Virus record (IMG/VR): IMGVR_UViG_3300023112_000001 | From: a virus | Lineage: Duplodnaviria; Heunggongvirae; Uroviricota; Caudoviricetes; Crassvirales | Length of the DNA: 64,000 bases | Strand: one strand, 5' to 3' | Part shown: one piece after another, positions 19,888-29,746 of the stretch | Numbering within the stretch: position 1 is the first letter of the stretch | How the letters are laid out: each line of letters opens with the position of its first letter | Notes under the pieces: generated by a model | Told to the model about the DNA's origin: nothing | The model's input: only the letters and a program-made list of their open reading frames with translations | The model's database searches: none | Program-made: the position numbers and the translations under genes

Positions 19888-21426
19888 TTAAATTAATGAT
19901 TTAATAGGATAATCCCATTTTTTTAAAGAATCTTCTTTAACTTCTAAAGCACCAATTCTATCATCTTTTTCTGCATGTTCTTTCATCATACTTTTCCTAA
20001 AGTCAGAGTATGAGGTTAAATAATCACTAAGCTCTTCAGAATAGATATCTTTTAAAATTCCTTTTAAATCAATATCTACCTCTGTCTTAATAAACTGTTT
20101 TTGATATTTTTCAGCATATCTACATATAGCGTTAACTATAAAAAGCCAATTAATTACTTTATCAGAATTAAATGTAGAAGTATGTACTCTAAATTCAGCC
20201 GTACCTCTTTTATTGAAAAACAAAGGTATTAAATTACACCAAAAATAACGGTAGTTAACATACCATTTGTGATCAAAACCATTATCACTAGGATGAGGCA
20301 TTCCCATATAATACTTACTGCTTTGCTTGCCTCTCATTCTTCTTAAAAAATTATTGGCATTTTCCTCCTCCTCCTCATCCATTACAACTGGAGTATCTAT
20401 ATCAGTTTTACCATAAATATAGAAATTAAAAAGCTTTGACAAGTCACCATCCATTTTTTTATTAAACTCAACTTTTGGTAACGGCTTACAATAGTCTTTT
20501 CCAGTATTTTTAAACTTTGATGTTTCTTTAAAATACTCAGGAAACATTTTATACATCTCATCTTGAATCTTATATAATACTTTAAAGATAGATATCCCAT
20601 ATTCTGGTGTTTTTGCTATATTCCCAATATGAATATGTAAAGATCCATCTACATTTCTCAAACAGTATTTATTAAGTAATTCACAAGATTGTTTTATTGT
20701 GTGAAGACCTCTTTCTCCCTGTAATGGGATAGTTGTATATTCAAATGGATTAACCATTCCGTGTCTTAAACTACCATCTTTAAGTGGTATTAATCCTGTT
20801 TTATAACAATGTCTAACAGGTATTTGACCATTATAAGTTTCAAATTCTACTCCAAATGTAGTTTCTCCTAATTCTGTATGAAACTTTTTAGTTACATCTT
20901 TATTAAAAGAAAAATGCTTTTCATAGTATTCCTTAAATGATTGAAATTGATGTTCAAATGAATAATTTAATCTAAATGGATATCTTGATCCAATAAATTT
21001 TTCTTTTACTTTAACGCCACTAGCCTTTACAATTGACTTATGAATAAATTTTCCAGAATTTATTACTTCAAGAAAGTTTTTAGTAAGAATATCTTCAGAT
21101 ATTGCTAAAGAAAATTCACCATACCTATCGGTTGTAACTTCTATGTTTTTAATACTATCTCTAGTAAATTTACCGTATACTGGATCTTCGTTTTCATCAA
21201 ACCCAATTATACCGTTATATAGATCTGTTCCAGACTTTAACACCCAATGTTTGGTTTCATTGTCAAAATCAATTAATCCATTATTTATTCTATGCCATTT
21301 ACCATCAGACATTTTAAAGCACTGAACACCCATCTTATAAAATTTACCAGAAATTTTTCTACATTCTGATCTTATAGCTTCTTCACCATTATATGTCTCT
21401 ATTACTTCGTTAATCTTTTTTGCCAT
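19888..21426 (-). CDS. amidoligase (GCS2/YbdK-like carboxylate-amine ligase) with a large N-terminal extension.
   Basis: G-x-E-x-E motif FGVEFETY and H-x-H motif GSLHIHIGN, characteristic of the gamma-glutamylcysteine-synthetase-2 / Amidoligase_2 family; 512 aa. Confidence 0.5.
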   Translation of the reverse strand: MAKKINEVIETYNGEEAIRSECRKISGKFYKMGVQCFKMSDGKWHRINNGLIDFDNETKHWVLKSGTDLYNGIIGFDENEDPVYGKFTRDSIKNIEVTTDRYGEFSLAISEDILTKNFLEVINSGKFIHKSIVKASGVKVKEKFIGSRYPFRLNYSFEHQFQSFKEYYEKHFSFNKDVTKKFHTELGETTFGVEFETYNGQIPVRHCYKTGLIPLKDGSLRHGMVNPFEYTTIPLQGERGLHTIKQSCELLNKYCLRNVDGSLHIHIGNIAKTPEYGISIFKVLYKIQDEMYKMFPEYFKETSKFKNTGKDYCKPLPKVEFNKKMDGDLSKLFNFYIYGKTDIDTPVVMDEEEEENANNFLRRMRGKQSSKYYMGMPHPSDNGFDHKWYVNYRYFWCNLIPLFFNKRGTAEFRVHTSTFNSDKVINWLFIVNAICRYAEKYQKQFIKTEVDIDLKGILKDIYSEELSDYLTSYSDFRKSMMKEHAEKDDRIGALEVKEDSLKKWDYPIKSLI

Positions 21427-21430
21427 TTTT

Positions 21431-23437
21431 TTAAGCTATATTAAGTTTTGAATTAAGAATTGTGTCTTTTAAATCATCTACTAACGCTTGAACTGTTTTT
21501 GATGATTCTAACCATGACTCACTTAAAGTGTCGTCTTCTATTTTATTTAACAATTTTATAACTTGGTCAAAGTCTTTAGAGACTCCATCGTTATAAATTT
21601 CCTCATACCAAGCTTTTTGCTCTTCAGTTAACTCAAGAGAACTGCTTGCGTTTTCATTTTTTTTCTTTTCTTTTGCCTTTTCACCAGATTCAATCCATTC
21701 TTTCATAGTAGACTTTACCCAAACTTCACTTTTATCTATGTAATGAAGAATGTCGTCATATGTTTTTCCATAATGATCTAAAGCATCAAAATATTTAATT
21801 ACAGTGGTTTCGCCATATTCTTCTTTTTTGTAAAAGTCTCCTTCTTCAAAAAATATTTCATTTTTAGTGAGAACTTTAGCTGCTGCCTCTAATGCTATTT
21901 TATTTTGCTTATTATCATCGCTTTCTTTATGATCTGGAGAATTAAAAGGCACTACCTCAATATGAGTTAATCTTCCATTATAAAAAGTATATTTTTTATT
22001 ACTAAATAATGGAGCGAATGATCCTGTATAAGAGTTCCCAGATTTATTATAAGCCCCCATACTAGTATATAAGTACTCATGCTTAATGTTAGTAACTGGA
22101 TATATAGCATATTCCATCAATACAGACAATCTTTTTGCATCTGTATCTGAATTAGATAAACATCCACCTGGAATTAATTTACCTTTCTTAACTCTTTTAA
22201 GAGCTTTTGATGCTTTTTGATAAGAGGCATGATCTGGCAACATTATCCCATCTGTAAAATAATAAAGCTTGGCGTCATCGTCAGTTTTTTTTGAATAATA
22301 TCCAATTTCATCAAGATAAATTGCACCATGAACTAATTTTTTAGCACTAGCTTTATTTTCTTTCATGTAATATCTTCCAGAAGCATATTGAACTATTTTT
22401 TCTGTTAAATTTAAAGATTCAGCTTCCTGAGCAAATACATGTAATGGTGTTCCAGGATTATTTTTAATACTTTGACTTATAATAGGTAATTGCAATTGAG
22501 TATCTTTAGGCTTATTCCTATTATTAAATCCTCCTACATTTACGGAATTAGGAAAGTAATCCTCTTCATTATAACCACCCCAACTACTATTATTTGTAAA
22601 AGATTTTACTTGAGCAGCATTGCTTCTATCTATGGGAATTTCATCTACGATCACTCCATTTTCTATTACTAAAACAGTATTTTCTACAACTGGATCTATG
22701 TTAGGACTCTCGTCTTCAGCAATCATCCACAATGGAGCTTCTAAAGAACTAAGCCATAATCCTTTTTTATTATTATATGAAAATAAAGGTCTTTCCTCCG
22801 TTACTTCAGAAGTTGCATAATTATACTTTCTTGAGGCGCCTTTAAATACATATCCTAATCCATCTTCTTTATTTTCCCAAATAATAGATGCAGCACCTCT
22901 ATATTCCTTTAAAACATCATAATTTTTTTGTTTTATTAAAATATAAGATAAAATTTGAGTGTCATTTGGGGAGTATTCTTTTCCATCATAAATAAATTTA
23001 TCTGGAACGTCATATTTTTTCTTTAATTCCTCAGAATTATACAATGTTCCATTATGTATAGCGCCGCCTATTATATTATCCTCTTCCGAATAACAATAAG
23101 GCTGAGTATATTGAATGAATTTGCCCCCACTACTAGCCTTCCTAGAATGACCTAGAACTATATTATGTTTTGGAGATGGTACAACATATTCTTCTATTAA
23201 GTCAGAATAACCTTTATTTACAATATGTTTTACGTTATTACCTGATAAAAATCCAGATGCATCTCCACCTCTAGTATCATTAATAATACCTAGCAAATTG
23301 AATTTATCTTTGCTGAAACCACGAGAATTTTTTCCCATAAAAGCCCATATTCCACAATTAAGGGTGGAGTAACTCCCACCCTTAATGTAATTAATCAAAC
23401 TACTTATAAACAATGTTATTAATACTATATTGTGCAT
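21431..23437 (-). CDS. class II (Ntn-type) glutamine amidotransferase-domain protein with a 27-aa hydrophobic propeptide before the catalytic Cys and a roughly 430-aa C-terminal domain of unknown function.
   Basis: NCGIWAFMGK...RGGDASGF matches the N-terminus of GAT-II enzymes (compare MCGIxG...RGPDxSG of AsnB/PurF). No SGGxDS PP-loop follows, so it is not an asparagine synthetase. No Met directly precedes the Cys, implying propeptide removal. Confidence 0.65.
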   Translation of the reverse strand: MHNIVLITLFISSLINYIKGGSYSTLNCGIWAFMGKNSRGFSKDKFNLLGIINDTRGGDASGFLSGNNVKHIVNKGYSDLIEEYVVPSPKHNIVLGHSRKASSGGKFIQYTQPYCYSEEDNIIGGAIHNGTLYNSEELKKKYDVPDKFIYDGKEYSPNDTQILSYILIKQKNYDVLKEYRGAASIIWENKEDGLGYVFKGASRKYNYATSEVTEERPLFSYNNKKGLWLSSLEAPLWMIAEDESPNIDPVVENTVLVIENGVIVDEIPIDRSNAAQVKSFTNNSSWGGYNEEDYFPNSVNVGGFNNRNKPKDTQLQLPIISQSIKNNPGTPLHVFAQEAESLNLTEKIVQYASGRYYMKENKASAKKLVHGAIYLDEIGYYSKKTDDDAKLYYFTDGIMLPDHASYQKASKALKRVKKGKLIPGGCLSNSDTDAKRLSVLMEYAIYPVTNIKHEYLYTSMGAYNKSGNSYTGSFAPLFSNKKYTFYNGRLTHIEVVPFNSPDHKESDDNKQNKIALEAAAKVLTKNEIFFEEGDFYKKEEYGETTVIKYFDALDHYGKTYDDILHYIDKSEVWVKSTMKEWIESGEKAKEKKKNENASSSLELTEEQKAWYEEIYNDGVSKDFDQVIKLLNKIEDDTLSESWLESSKTVQALVDDLKDTILNSKLNIA

Positions 23438-24237
23438 TTAACTTTCTCCTCTATTTTTAATTTGTTTTTTACTTCGTAAAGATTGCTTCTAATATCAGAA
23501 TCACCTACATTATCAAAAGATAATATTTTTTCTATATTACCTTCAATATTAAGCCAATCAAACATTTTAATTACCTGATCATAAACCCAATCTAAATACT
23601 CATCATTAGCGAAATAGCTTCCTAGAGCTCTAACCTCAACTCCATATGATTTAATTCTTATAGATCCATAAGACCCATAATTATTCCTTCTAAACTCATC
23701 ATATTTGATTTCATCGCTAGGCAACACTACAAATAAATCATACGCTCGACCTATTGCTTTGGCAATTTCACCCATTCCGAATTTTGATTCATCAAATTTA
23801 TATCCTAAATGAAGATGAAATCCAGCTACACGCTTGTTTGTCTCTAATTTTGGAGTTTCTATTTCACGTAATTGAGAATCCCAAGAATTAAAAAATCCAG
23901 AACATCCAAATTCTTTAGCATCTTCTAAATCTAAAAATCTATTTTTAAATTCAACTGAATCCTCACAAACAATTTCACATCCTTTAATTTCTGCTATTGT
24001 ATTAATTATATTTTTCAGAAACTTCATAGAATGAATAAACTCTTCTTTATTTTTTGATGGAGGGATATTCCCCTCAACCGTTAAGTTATCTTTATGGATC
24101 AAAAATCCTTTTGTTCCAGCTTCTTCTGGTGCAAATTTTGTTCCAGATGTAATTAACGAGGATGGCATATATGTACCATCTTTTTTCTTTCTAATAAAAA
24201 ATTCAGGATCTGAACCTATTGTTTGTAATTTTAGCAT
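23425..24237 (-). CDS. amidoligase (GCS2/YbdK-like carboxylate-amine ligase), short form.
   Basis: IGSDPEFF (G-x-[DE]-x-E-F) near the N-terminus and AGFHLHLGY (H-x-H); 270 aa. Confidence 0.5.
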   Translation of the reverse strand: MLKLQTIGSDPEFFIRKKKDGTYMPSSLITSGTKFAPEEAGTKGFLIHKDNLTVEGNIPPSKNKEEFIHSMKFLKNIINTIAEIKGCEIVCEDSVEFKNRFLDLEDAKEFGCSGFFNSWDSQLREIETPKLETNKRVAGFHLHLGYKFDESKFGMGEIAKAIGRAYDLFVVLPSDEIKYDEFRRNNYGSYGSIRIKSYGVEVRALGSYFANDEYLDWVYDQVIKMFDWLNIEGNIEKILSFDNVGDSDIRSNLYEVKNKLKIEEKVKCTI

Positions 24238-24238
24238 T

Positions 24239-25087
24239 TTATAATTTTTTAAATCTAATTATTTTATAATATTTGTTTTGAAAATCGTCATTTAAAACTT
24301 TAATCAAATTGTTTTTTATTGTTCCTTCGTATACCTTACCTATACTTAAATAATAAGCATTCTTATTGTCTACACACTTAAATCTTTCAATTTTAGAATT
24401 AAATAGACTCTTTAGCTCTTTTTTTAATTCAACCCAATTTTTATTAGAATATAATCTTTGAAGGCTGTCAATCTTATTTTCTTTAATTGAGTTTATAGAT
24501 GATGTTGAATTTAATATACTGAAAAGCTCTATTTTTAAGCTATTTTTAATGACATTAATATCATACTCTGCGACACAATAACATGAGTTAAATGGTTGAT
24601 GATAACTACGATAAGTTACCTGTGGTGTAATTATATGCGCTGCATGAAATAATTTCCAAAATGAGATAGAAGGATATTGTTTTTTTAATTCGCAATACGT
24701 TTTTACAGTTTCAAGACAATCTTCTGTTCCAAGATACCTTACTATCTGATTGATGAATAATTTATTTCCAGGAGATAATCCCTTTGTATTAACCTTTACC
24801 GCTTTTGCTGACGAAAGTTTTGGATAAAAACCTCCAGGAAGATCAAAGTTAATGTCTTTTACAATTGAAATATTTTTACATATTTCCTCTTGTATGCCAG
24901 ATATAAATGTATTTAATGTACTAATTTTCACCCTTCTATTTAAATGAAAATAATATTCATCTACTCTTTTAACAATAGTTTGACACGTTCCATAATATAG
25001 CGGTTTATACCCTTTAGGTATTTTTGCAAACAAATAATTAGATTCAGTCATTTTCCAATACCTCTTCATTAATTTTTGTAAATTCAT
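24239..25087 (-). CDS. hypothetical protein (282 aa) inside the amidoligase operon.
   Basis: ORF; translationally coupled to its neighbours. Confidence 0.45.
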   Translation of the reverse strand: MNLQKLMKRYWKMTESNYLFAKIPKGYKPLYYGTCQTIVKRVDEYYFHLNRRVKISTLNTFISGIQEEICKNISIVKDINFDLPGGFYPKLSSAKAVKVNTKGLSPGNKLFINQIVRYLGTEDCLETVKTYCELKKQYPSISFWKLFHAAHIITPQVTYRSYHQPFNSCYCVAEYDINVIKNSLKIELFSILNSTSSINSIKENKIDSLQRLYSNKNWVELKKELKSLFNSKIERFKCVDNKNAYYLSIGKVYEGTIKNNLIKVLNDDFQNKYYKIIRFKKL

Positions 25088-25448
25088 TCCAGTCTCCAGA
25101 TGCTATTTTAGCCAATCTGCTAAAATCTCTAGCATCATTTTCCATATAATACATCCACGCCTTACCGTATTCAGTATCTATTTCTTTTCTATTATAAAAA
25201 GTAGGATAACCTTCTAGGGAATCTAAGTTCTTTAACGTTTCATTGTCATTTACTTGAAATATTTCTAACACTATTTCATTTTCGCCATTAAGCGTAACCG
25301 CTGGAAAACCACCTAAACTGTACATAGTATATTCTGGTGTAGTTCTATGTAATCCAACATACGCTTGATTTCTTAATAAATAGTTGTTATAATGATTTTT
25401 TCTCAATGTTCCGTATACTGCTACCAAAACAGGTGGTTGTAATTCCAT
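25044..25448 (-). CDS. gamma-glutamyl cyclotransferase (GGCT / AIG2-like).
   Basis: VAVYGTLRKNHYNNYLL and GGFPAV match the YGTL...N and G-[YF]-P signatures of the GGCT/AIG2 fold; 134 aa. Confidence 0.7.
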   Translation of the reverse strand: MELQPPVLVAVYGTLRKNHYNNYLLRNQAYVGLHRTTPEYTMYSLGGFPAVTLNGENEIVLEIFQVNDNETLKNLDSLEGYPTFYNRKEIDTEYGKAWMYYMENDARDFSRLAKIASGDWNEFTKINEEVLEND

Positions 25449-25452
25449 AATT

Positions 25453-26259
25453 TTAAATTTTATTGTTAATTATTTCAGTAATTTTTTCTTTATAAGCCTG
25501 AACTCCTTGTTCTCCAAGACTTGGAGCTGAGTTTACTTCAACTACGATAAATTCAGGATTATCTTTTTTAGACGATTGTATTCTTAAATCTACGCAACCA
25601 ATATCTAAGCCTACAGCGTCGATAGCTTTACAGCATTCTTCTACCACTAAATCCCAATTAGATGGCTTATCGAATAATTCATGATTTTCATTTACCCAAT
25701 TACAATTAGAGCTATTAAAGAACCATCTATCTTCAGCATCTTCTTTACGAAGTTTTCTCCAAGTCATAAAACATTCGTCTTTAGTACAATGGAGGCGATA
25801 TTCTTTAGCGTAATTGTGAAATTTTTCAAAATAATAACCATCCAATTGAGCTTGAGTGGTGTTATTAATAAATTCTTCTAGTTGCTCTTCGCTATCTATC
25901 TTAATCATTCCTTTTCCCTTAAAGCCAAATACTCTTTTAGCTAATATGGGATAATGATCAACAAATTTTACACCATAGTCATCATGATTTGTCCACCAAG
26001 CAGATTGCTTTACTTCGCTTTTATCAAAACATGCTTTCATCATAAGTTTACTGCGACTGTTTTGGATAGATTCTACAGTATTAACTTCAATGATAGTGTA
26101 CTTTCCATATGATTTAGGGAAAGCCACTTCTGTTTCAGTTACTGATCCTAGTCTAACCAATGATCTAAGTCTAAAAGGACCTATACCATTATTTCTATGC
26201 CTTAAAGCAGAGCAAGAGTGATTTTTTGATCTCACTCTTGCATATCTTTCTCTTACCAT
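25453..26259 (-). CDS. ATP-grasp ligase (RimK / glutathione-synthetase-like).
   Basis: C-terminal FIVVEVNSAPSLG (compare the E-x-N motif of ATP-grasp enzymes); size and layout consistent with RimK-like peptide ligases. Confidence 0.6.
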   Translation of the reverse strand: MVRERYARVRSKNHSCSALRHRNNGIGPFRLRSLVRLGSVTETEVAFPKSYGKYTIIEVNTVESIQNSRSKLMMKACFDKSEVKQSAWWTNHDDYGVKFVDHYPILAKRVFGFKGKGMIKIDSEEQLEEFINNTTQAQLDGYYFEKFHNYAKEYRLHCTKDECFMTWRKLRKEDAEDRWFFNSSNCNWVNENHELFDKPSNWDLVVEECCKAIDAVGLDIGCVDLRIQSSKKDNPEFIVVEVNSAPSLGEQGVQAYKEKITEIINNKI

Positions 26260-26262
26260 AAT

Positions 26263-26964
26263 TTAAGATAAAATTGATTTTTTATTTTCTAACAAATAAC
26301 GTATTGCTGCTAAAGCAAACGGATTATACGTTTCTTCAGGATGAGCTTGTTCCGCTACGATTGGTAGCTCAGGATGAGCAATTAATTCTACATGTCTACC
26401 ATGCTTTTTATCTGATCTACCCACCACAACTAATGGAGTATTATTCATAATAGTATCTTCTCTTAAAACTTGATGATGAATACTATTTGTTCCATAAACT
26501 GGTCTTACGAAATTAAGATTCCTTGCTAAAGCTTTTCTTACACTTAAGTCTATATCTACCTCATGAACTAGCTTGCTTCTATCATAGCTCTCGTTATGAA
26601 CATGATTCACATGTTGTCTCATGGATGCTCCGAAATATACTCCTAAGCTCTGAAACCCTCTGCAAATACCATATATTGGCGTTTTAGCTTCAATATATTT
26701 TGGTAAATGATTAATATCAAAATATTCTCTAAATGGGCAAGGTTTTCCAGTAAAATAACCAGGAGCCTGATTATACCTCATTGTATCTACATCTGGACCA
26801 CCTGGTATTAATAATAAATCTAAATCAGTCCTTATTGGTGAATGTGGATTCAATATTATAACTTCTGCATCAAATGATTCAATAAATTGCATATAAGGAG
26901 CAGTTACACCAAAACTATTATCTCCTGTTTTCCATGCTGGAATTCCTATTTTATATTTTTTCAT
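26263..26964 (-). CDS. class I glutamine amidotransferase / peptidase C26 (gamma-glutamyl hydrolase, PuuD-like).
   Basis: Catalytic Cys motif PIYGICRGFQSLG (G-x-C-x-G-x-Q); His-Pro-Glu motifs ELIAHPEL and EQAHPEE. Confidence 0.7.
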   Translation of the reverse strand: MKKYKIGIPAWKTGDNSFGVTAPYMQFIESFDAEVIILNPHSPIRTDLDLLLIPGGPDVDTMRYNQAPGYFTGKPCPFREYFDINHLPKYIEAKTPIYGICRGFQSLGVYFGASMRQHVNHVHNESYDRSKLVHEVDIDLSVRKALARNLNFVRPVYGTNSIHHQVLREDTIMNNTPLVVVGRSDKKHGRHVELIAHPELPIVAEQAHPEETYNPFALAAIRYLLENKKSILS

Positions 26965-26975
26965 ATTTTTTTTTA

Positions 26976-27368
26976 TTAATCTTTTTTAAATATCCAAGTT
27001 CTTATTTTGTTTCCTGTATTTGCATTTACTGACTCTTCAGATGAATGCTGACATATTCTATCTAATATTTTATTAAACTCTTCTCCACCATGAATAGTAT
27101 TTGTAAATACTAGAAATGATTTTCTAGAATGCTTACCATTATTACATAGTTGATTGAATCCTTCTTTAAAGATTTCGCATAACTCTTCTTCCGTTAAGGT
27201 TTCTTTCCATCTCTGAACTTTTCTATTTTCAGGATTTCCCATCAATACAGAAGTTCCACAAGTTACATATTGAGCTCTAAATATATGTTTTTTTCTTCCA
27301 AATGTAATTGTAGATCTTTGTCCTCCATCATAAAGATCTTGACGATTCCACTGCATTTCTATGTTCAT
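26976..27368 (-). CDS. hypothetical protein (130 aa) between the two GATase1 genes.
   Basis: ORF only. Confidence 0.4.
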   Translation of the reverse strand: MNIEMQWNRQDLYDGGQRSTITFGRKKHIFRAQYVTCGTSVLMGNPENRKVQRWKETLTEEELCEIFKEGFNQLCNNGKHSRKSFLVFTNTIHGGEEFNKILDRICQHSSEESVNANTGNKIRTWIFKKD

Positions 27369-27967
27369 AATAAATATTTTTTTATTAATTTTTCACAATA
27401 TTCTTTTGTTTTTTTTGGGCAATTAGGAAATTCAGGATGACCTTGAATTGCTAAACAGTTAGTATCTGGGTAATATACTATTTCAGGTTCAAAAGGAATC
27501 TTTATATCACCTAATCCAGTCGTATATTCACTAGATCTATTTACAGAGCTCCACGCAATTAACTTGTGATTAGGAACATGAAAGGGATTCATCATTTGAT
27601 GATGAGTAGAAGTTATCTCAAGCTCTTGAACCCCATCAGTAATAGAATGATTGCCTGATATAGCATGATTAGTTACATTTTGTATAACTTTCCCATTTTG
27701 CTGCATAGCAGTAAGAAATTGCGATCCATAACATATTCCTAACATAGGGATGTTATTTTCCAAAGCATGGTTATATGCTTCAATTTCTTTTAGCGACCTA
27801 TTTTTGTCTATATAAGACCTTACGTTAGCCTCTCCATATATTTCTGGGTCTACATCTGGACCTCCAGTAAATATAACTAATCCTTTAGCCTCTTCTATTT
27901 TATCTAATAGATCTTGGTTAATCCAATTTTTATAAGAATCTCTTCCTAGTGTAAGTATTCTATGCAT
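27365..27967 (-). CDS. class I glutamine amidotransferase / peptidase C26 (second paralogue).
   Basis: PMLGICYGSQFL (G-x-C-x-G-x-Q), STHHQ and IQGHPEF. Confidence 0.7.
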   Translation of the reverse strand: MHRILTLGRDSYKNWINQDLLDKIEEAKGLVIFTGGPDVDPEIYGEANVRSYIDKNRSLKEIEAYNHALENNIPMLGICYGSQFLTAMQQNGKVIQNVTNHAISGNHSITDGVQELEITSTHHQMMNPFHVPNHKLIAWSSVNRSSEYTTGLGDIKIPFEPEIVYYPDTNCLAIQGHPEFPNCPKKTKEYCEKLIKKYLL

Positions 27968-28659
27968 TTTTTGTTATTTTTTCCTAATTCGTTAGAAATT
28001 AAATTTTTAATCAATTTATAGTCTTGTGATTTTTCATTTACTGGATCACATTTTCTAAAACTTTCTTCTAAATACTTTTGTGGGTCATAGTGCTGTATGT
28101 CAAACGTTCTTATTATTTCATTTCTATTAACTCCATAATCCATTACCCAATGATTGGTATTTCTTATTTTACCTCCATTGAAAAAATAAAATTGAGATAC
28201 AAAAAATATAACCTCTACATAAGAATATTTACACTCTTCATTAGAAAATACATTTAAAGATGGCAATATTATATTATTCCATTGATATTTATTATAGGGA
28301 GCCCTAACAAACATTAAAAGAATCTTATAAAATAATCTTTTATTAATTTGCGTTTTTAATTCTGCTGGATCTATAGAAATCAATATTCCATCAAGATCAA
28401 CATATTTTGGGTCAATATAATCAACACATTCTTTTTTTTTAAGAGTATGCTCTTTAATTTCAACAATACCTCCAAAACATTCTTTAAGATTATTTAAATG
28501 AATTAAATATTGATCAGTTTTAGCAGGTGATTCTTTCATTTGCCGAAAATTCATGAAAACATTTATTTTGAAATCATAATTATGTTTAGAAAAACATTGA
28601 TCTTGATTAAATAATCCATTAAATGAATTATTTGAAAATATTACATTATCTACTGCCAT
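27946..28659 (-). CDS. hypothetical protein (237 aa), first gene of the amidoligase operon.
   Basis: ORF only. Confidence 0.45.
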   Translation of the reverse strand: MAVDNVIFSNNSFNGLFNQDQCFSKHNYDFKINVFMNFRQMKESPAKTDQYLIHLNNLKECFGGIVEIKEHTLKKKECVDYIDPKYVDLDGILISIDPAELKTQINKRLFYKILLMFVRAPYNKYQWNNIILPSLNVFSNEECKYSYVEVIFFVSQFYFFNGGKIRNTNHWVMDYGVNRNEIIRTFDIQHYDPQKYLEESFRKCDPVNEKSQDYKLIKNLISNELGKNNKKCIEYLH

Positions 28660-28669
28660 TTTTTTAAAT

Positions 28670-29692
28670 TTATTTTAATATTTCTTTTAATAATTTTTTA
28701 GTTTCTATTTCTTTATATTTTTTATAATAATCAGTTATATCCTTACTGTTAAAATCAAATGTAGTTATAAATTCAAATCCAAAATCTTTTCGATTTCTTT
28801 CAGCAGATTTTATCCCAGCATTATCATGATCATAAAACGTTAGTATTCTATTAGCTTTTGATTTTAATATATCAATTACTTGAGGTTTAAATATATATCC
28901 TTCTCCTTGTGGAGATACTGCATTATAGCCATATTCATATAAAAACATCACATCTTTTGTTGATTTAGTGATTATGATTAAATCAACTACCTCATCAGGT
29001 AACAAGCCCCATCCAGAAAAAGTTCCGTCTAAAAATCCATTTAAAAATTTATTATCTCTTGACTCCCTAAATGGCTGATATATCTTATAATTAATAATAC
29101 CATCTTTATACTCTTTATAAGCATAAGCATAATTATCAGCTTTAAATATCTTATTATTCATCCAATAATATTTAATAGGAACTACATTAAATATATTAAG
29201 AGTATTTAAAGATATACCAAATTGATTCCAAAATCTTAAATCATTAATATTCCATTTTCTAACAGATATATCTAAATTTAACTTTGTAGATGAAAATTTT
29301 TTTCTAGAATCTTTATTTAATCTATATTCTACTGGTTTTAATTGCTTAAAGTCAATATTATTTATTATAAATTTATTTCCAAGATTAAAGTCGATTATAA
29401 TTCTCTCTAAAGCGTCAGTATATTTACTTAGATTAAATAAATGTTTTACAAAATTAACAACATCACCGCTTGCTCCTCTGTGATCTTTAAAAAACAAACT
29501 TCCATTTACTTTTTTGCTTGGAAATATTCCAAAAGATGGGTTTTTATCTTTACTTAATGGAGAATTAAAAGGCTTTCCCACTATAAATTCACCTATATAA
29601 TAGCGATATACTTCATAGTCAGAAACCTCGTCCATTAATTTTTCATAAGATGGATAGACTTTATCATATTTACTATCATTTGGATTAAACAT
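28670..29692 (-). CDS. DnaG-like DNA primase (degenerate zinc-ribbon plus Toprim domain).
   Basis: KNPSFGIF...FKDHRGASGDVVNFV resembles the DnaG zinc-binding domain but lacks the Cys ligands; Toprim motif ILTFYDHDNAG (D-x-D-x-x-G). Confidence 0.6.
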   Translation of the reverse strand: MFNPNDSKYDKVYPSYEKLMDEVSDYEVYRYYIGEFIVGKPFNSPLSKDKNPSFGIFPSKKVNGSLFFKDHRGASGDVVNFVKHLFNLSKYTDALERIIIDFNLGNKFIINNIDFKQLKPVEYRLNKDSRKKFSSTKLNLDISVRKWNINDLRFWNQFGISLNTLNIFNVVPIKYYWMNNKIFKADNYAYAYKEYKDGIINYKIYQPFRESRDNKFLNGFLDGTFSGWGLLPDEVVDLIIITKSTKDVMFLYEYGYNAVSPQGEGYIFKPQVIDILKSKANRILTFYDHDNAGIKSAERNRKDFGFEFITTFDFNSKDITDYYKKYKEIETKKLLKEILK

Positions 29693-29746
29693 TGTCTCAT
29701 GTTTTAAAAAAAAGAGGGGCTATTAACCCCTCTTATATATTTGTTA

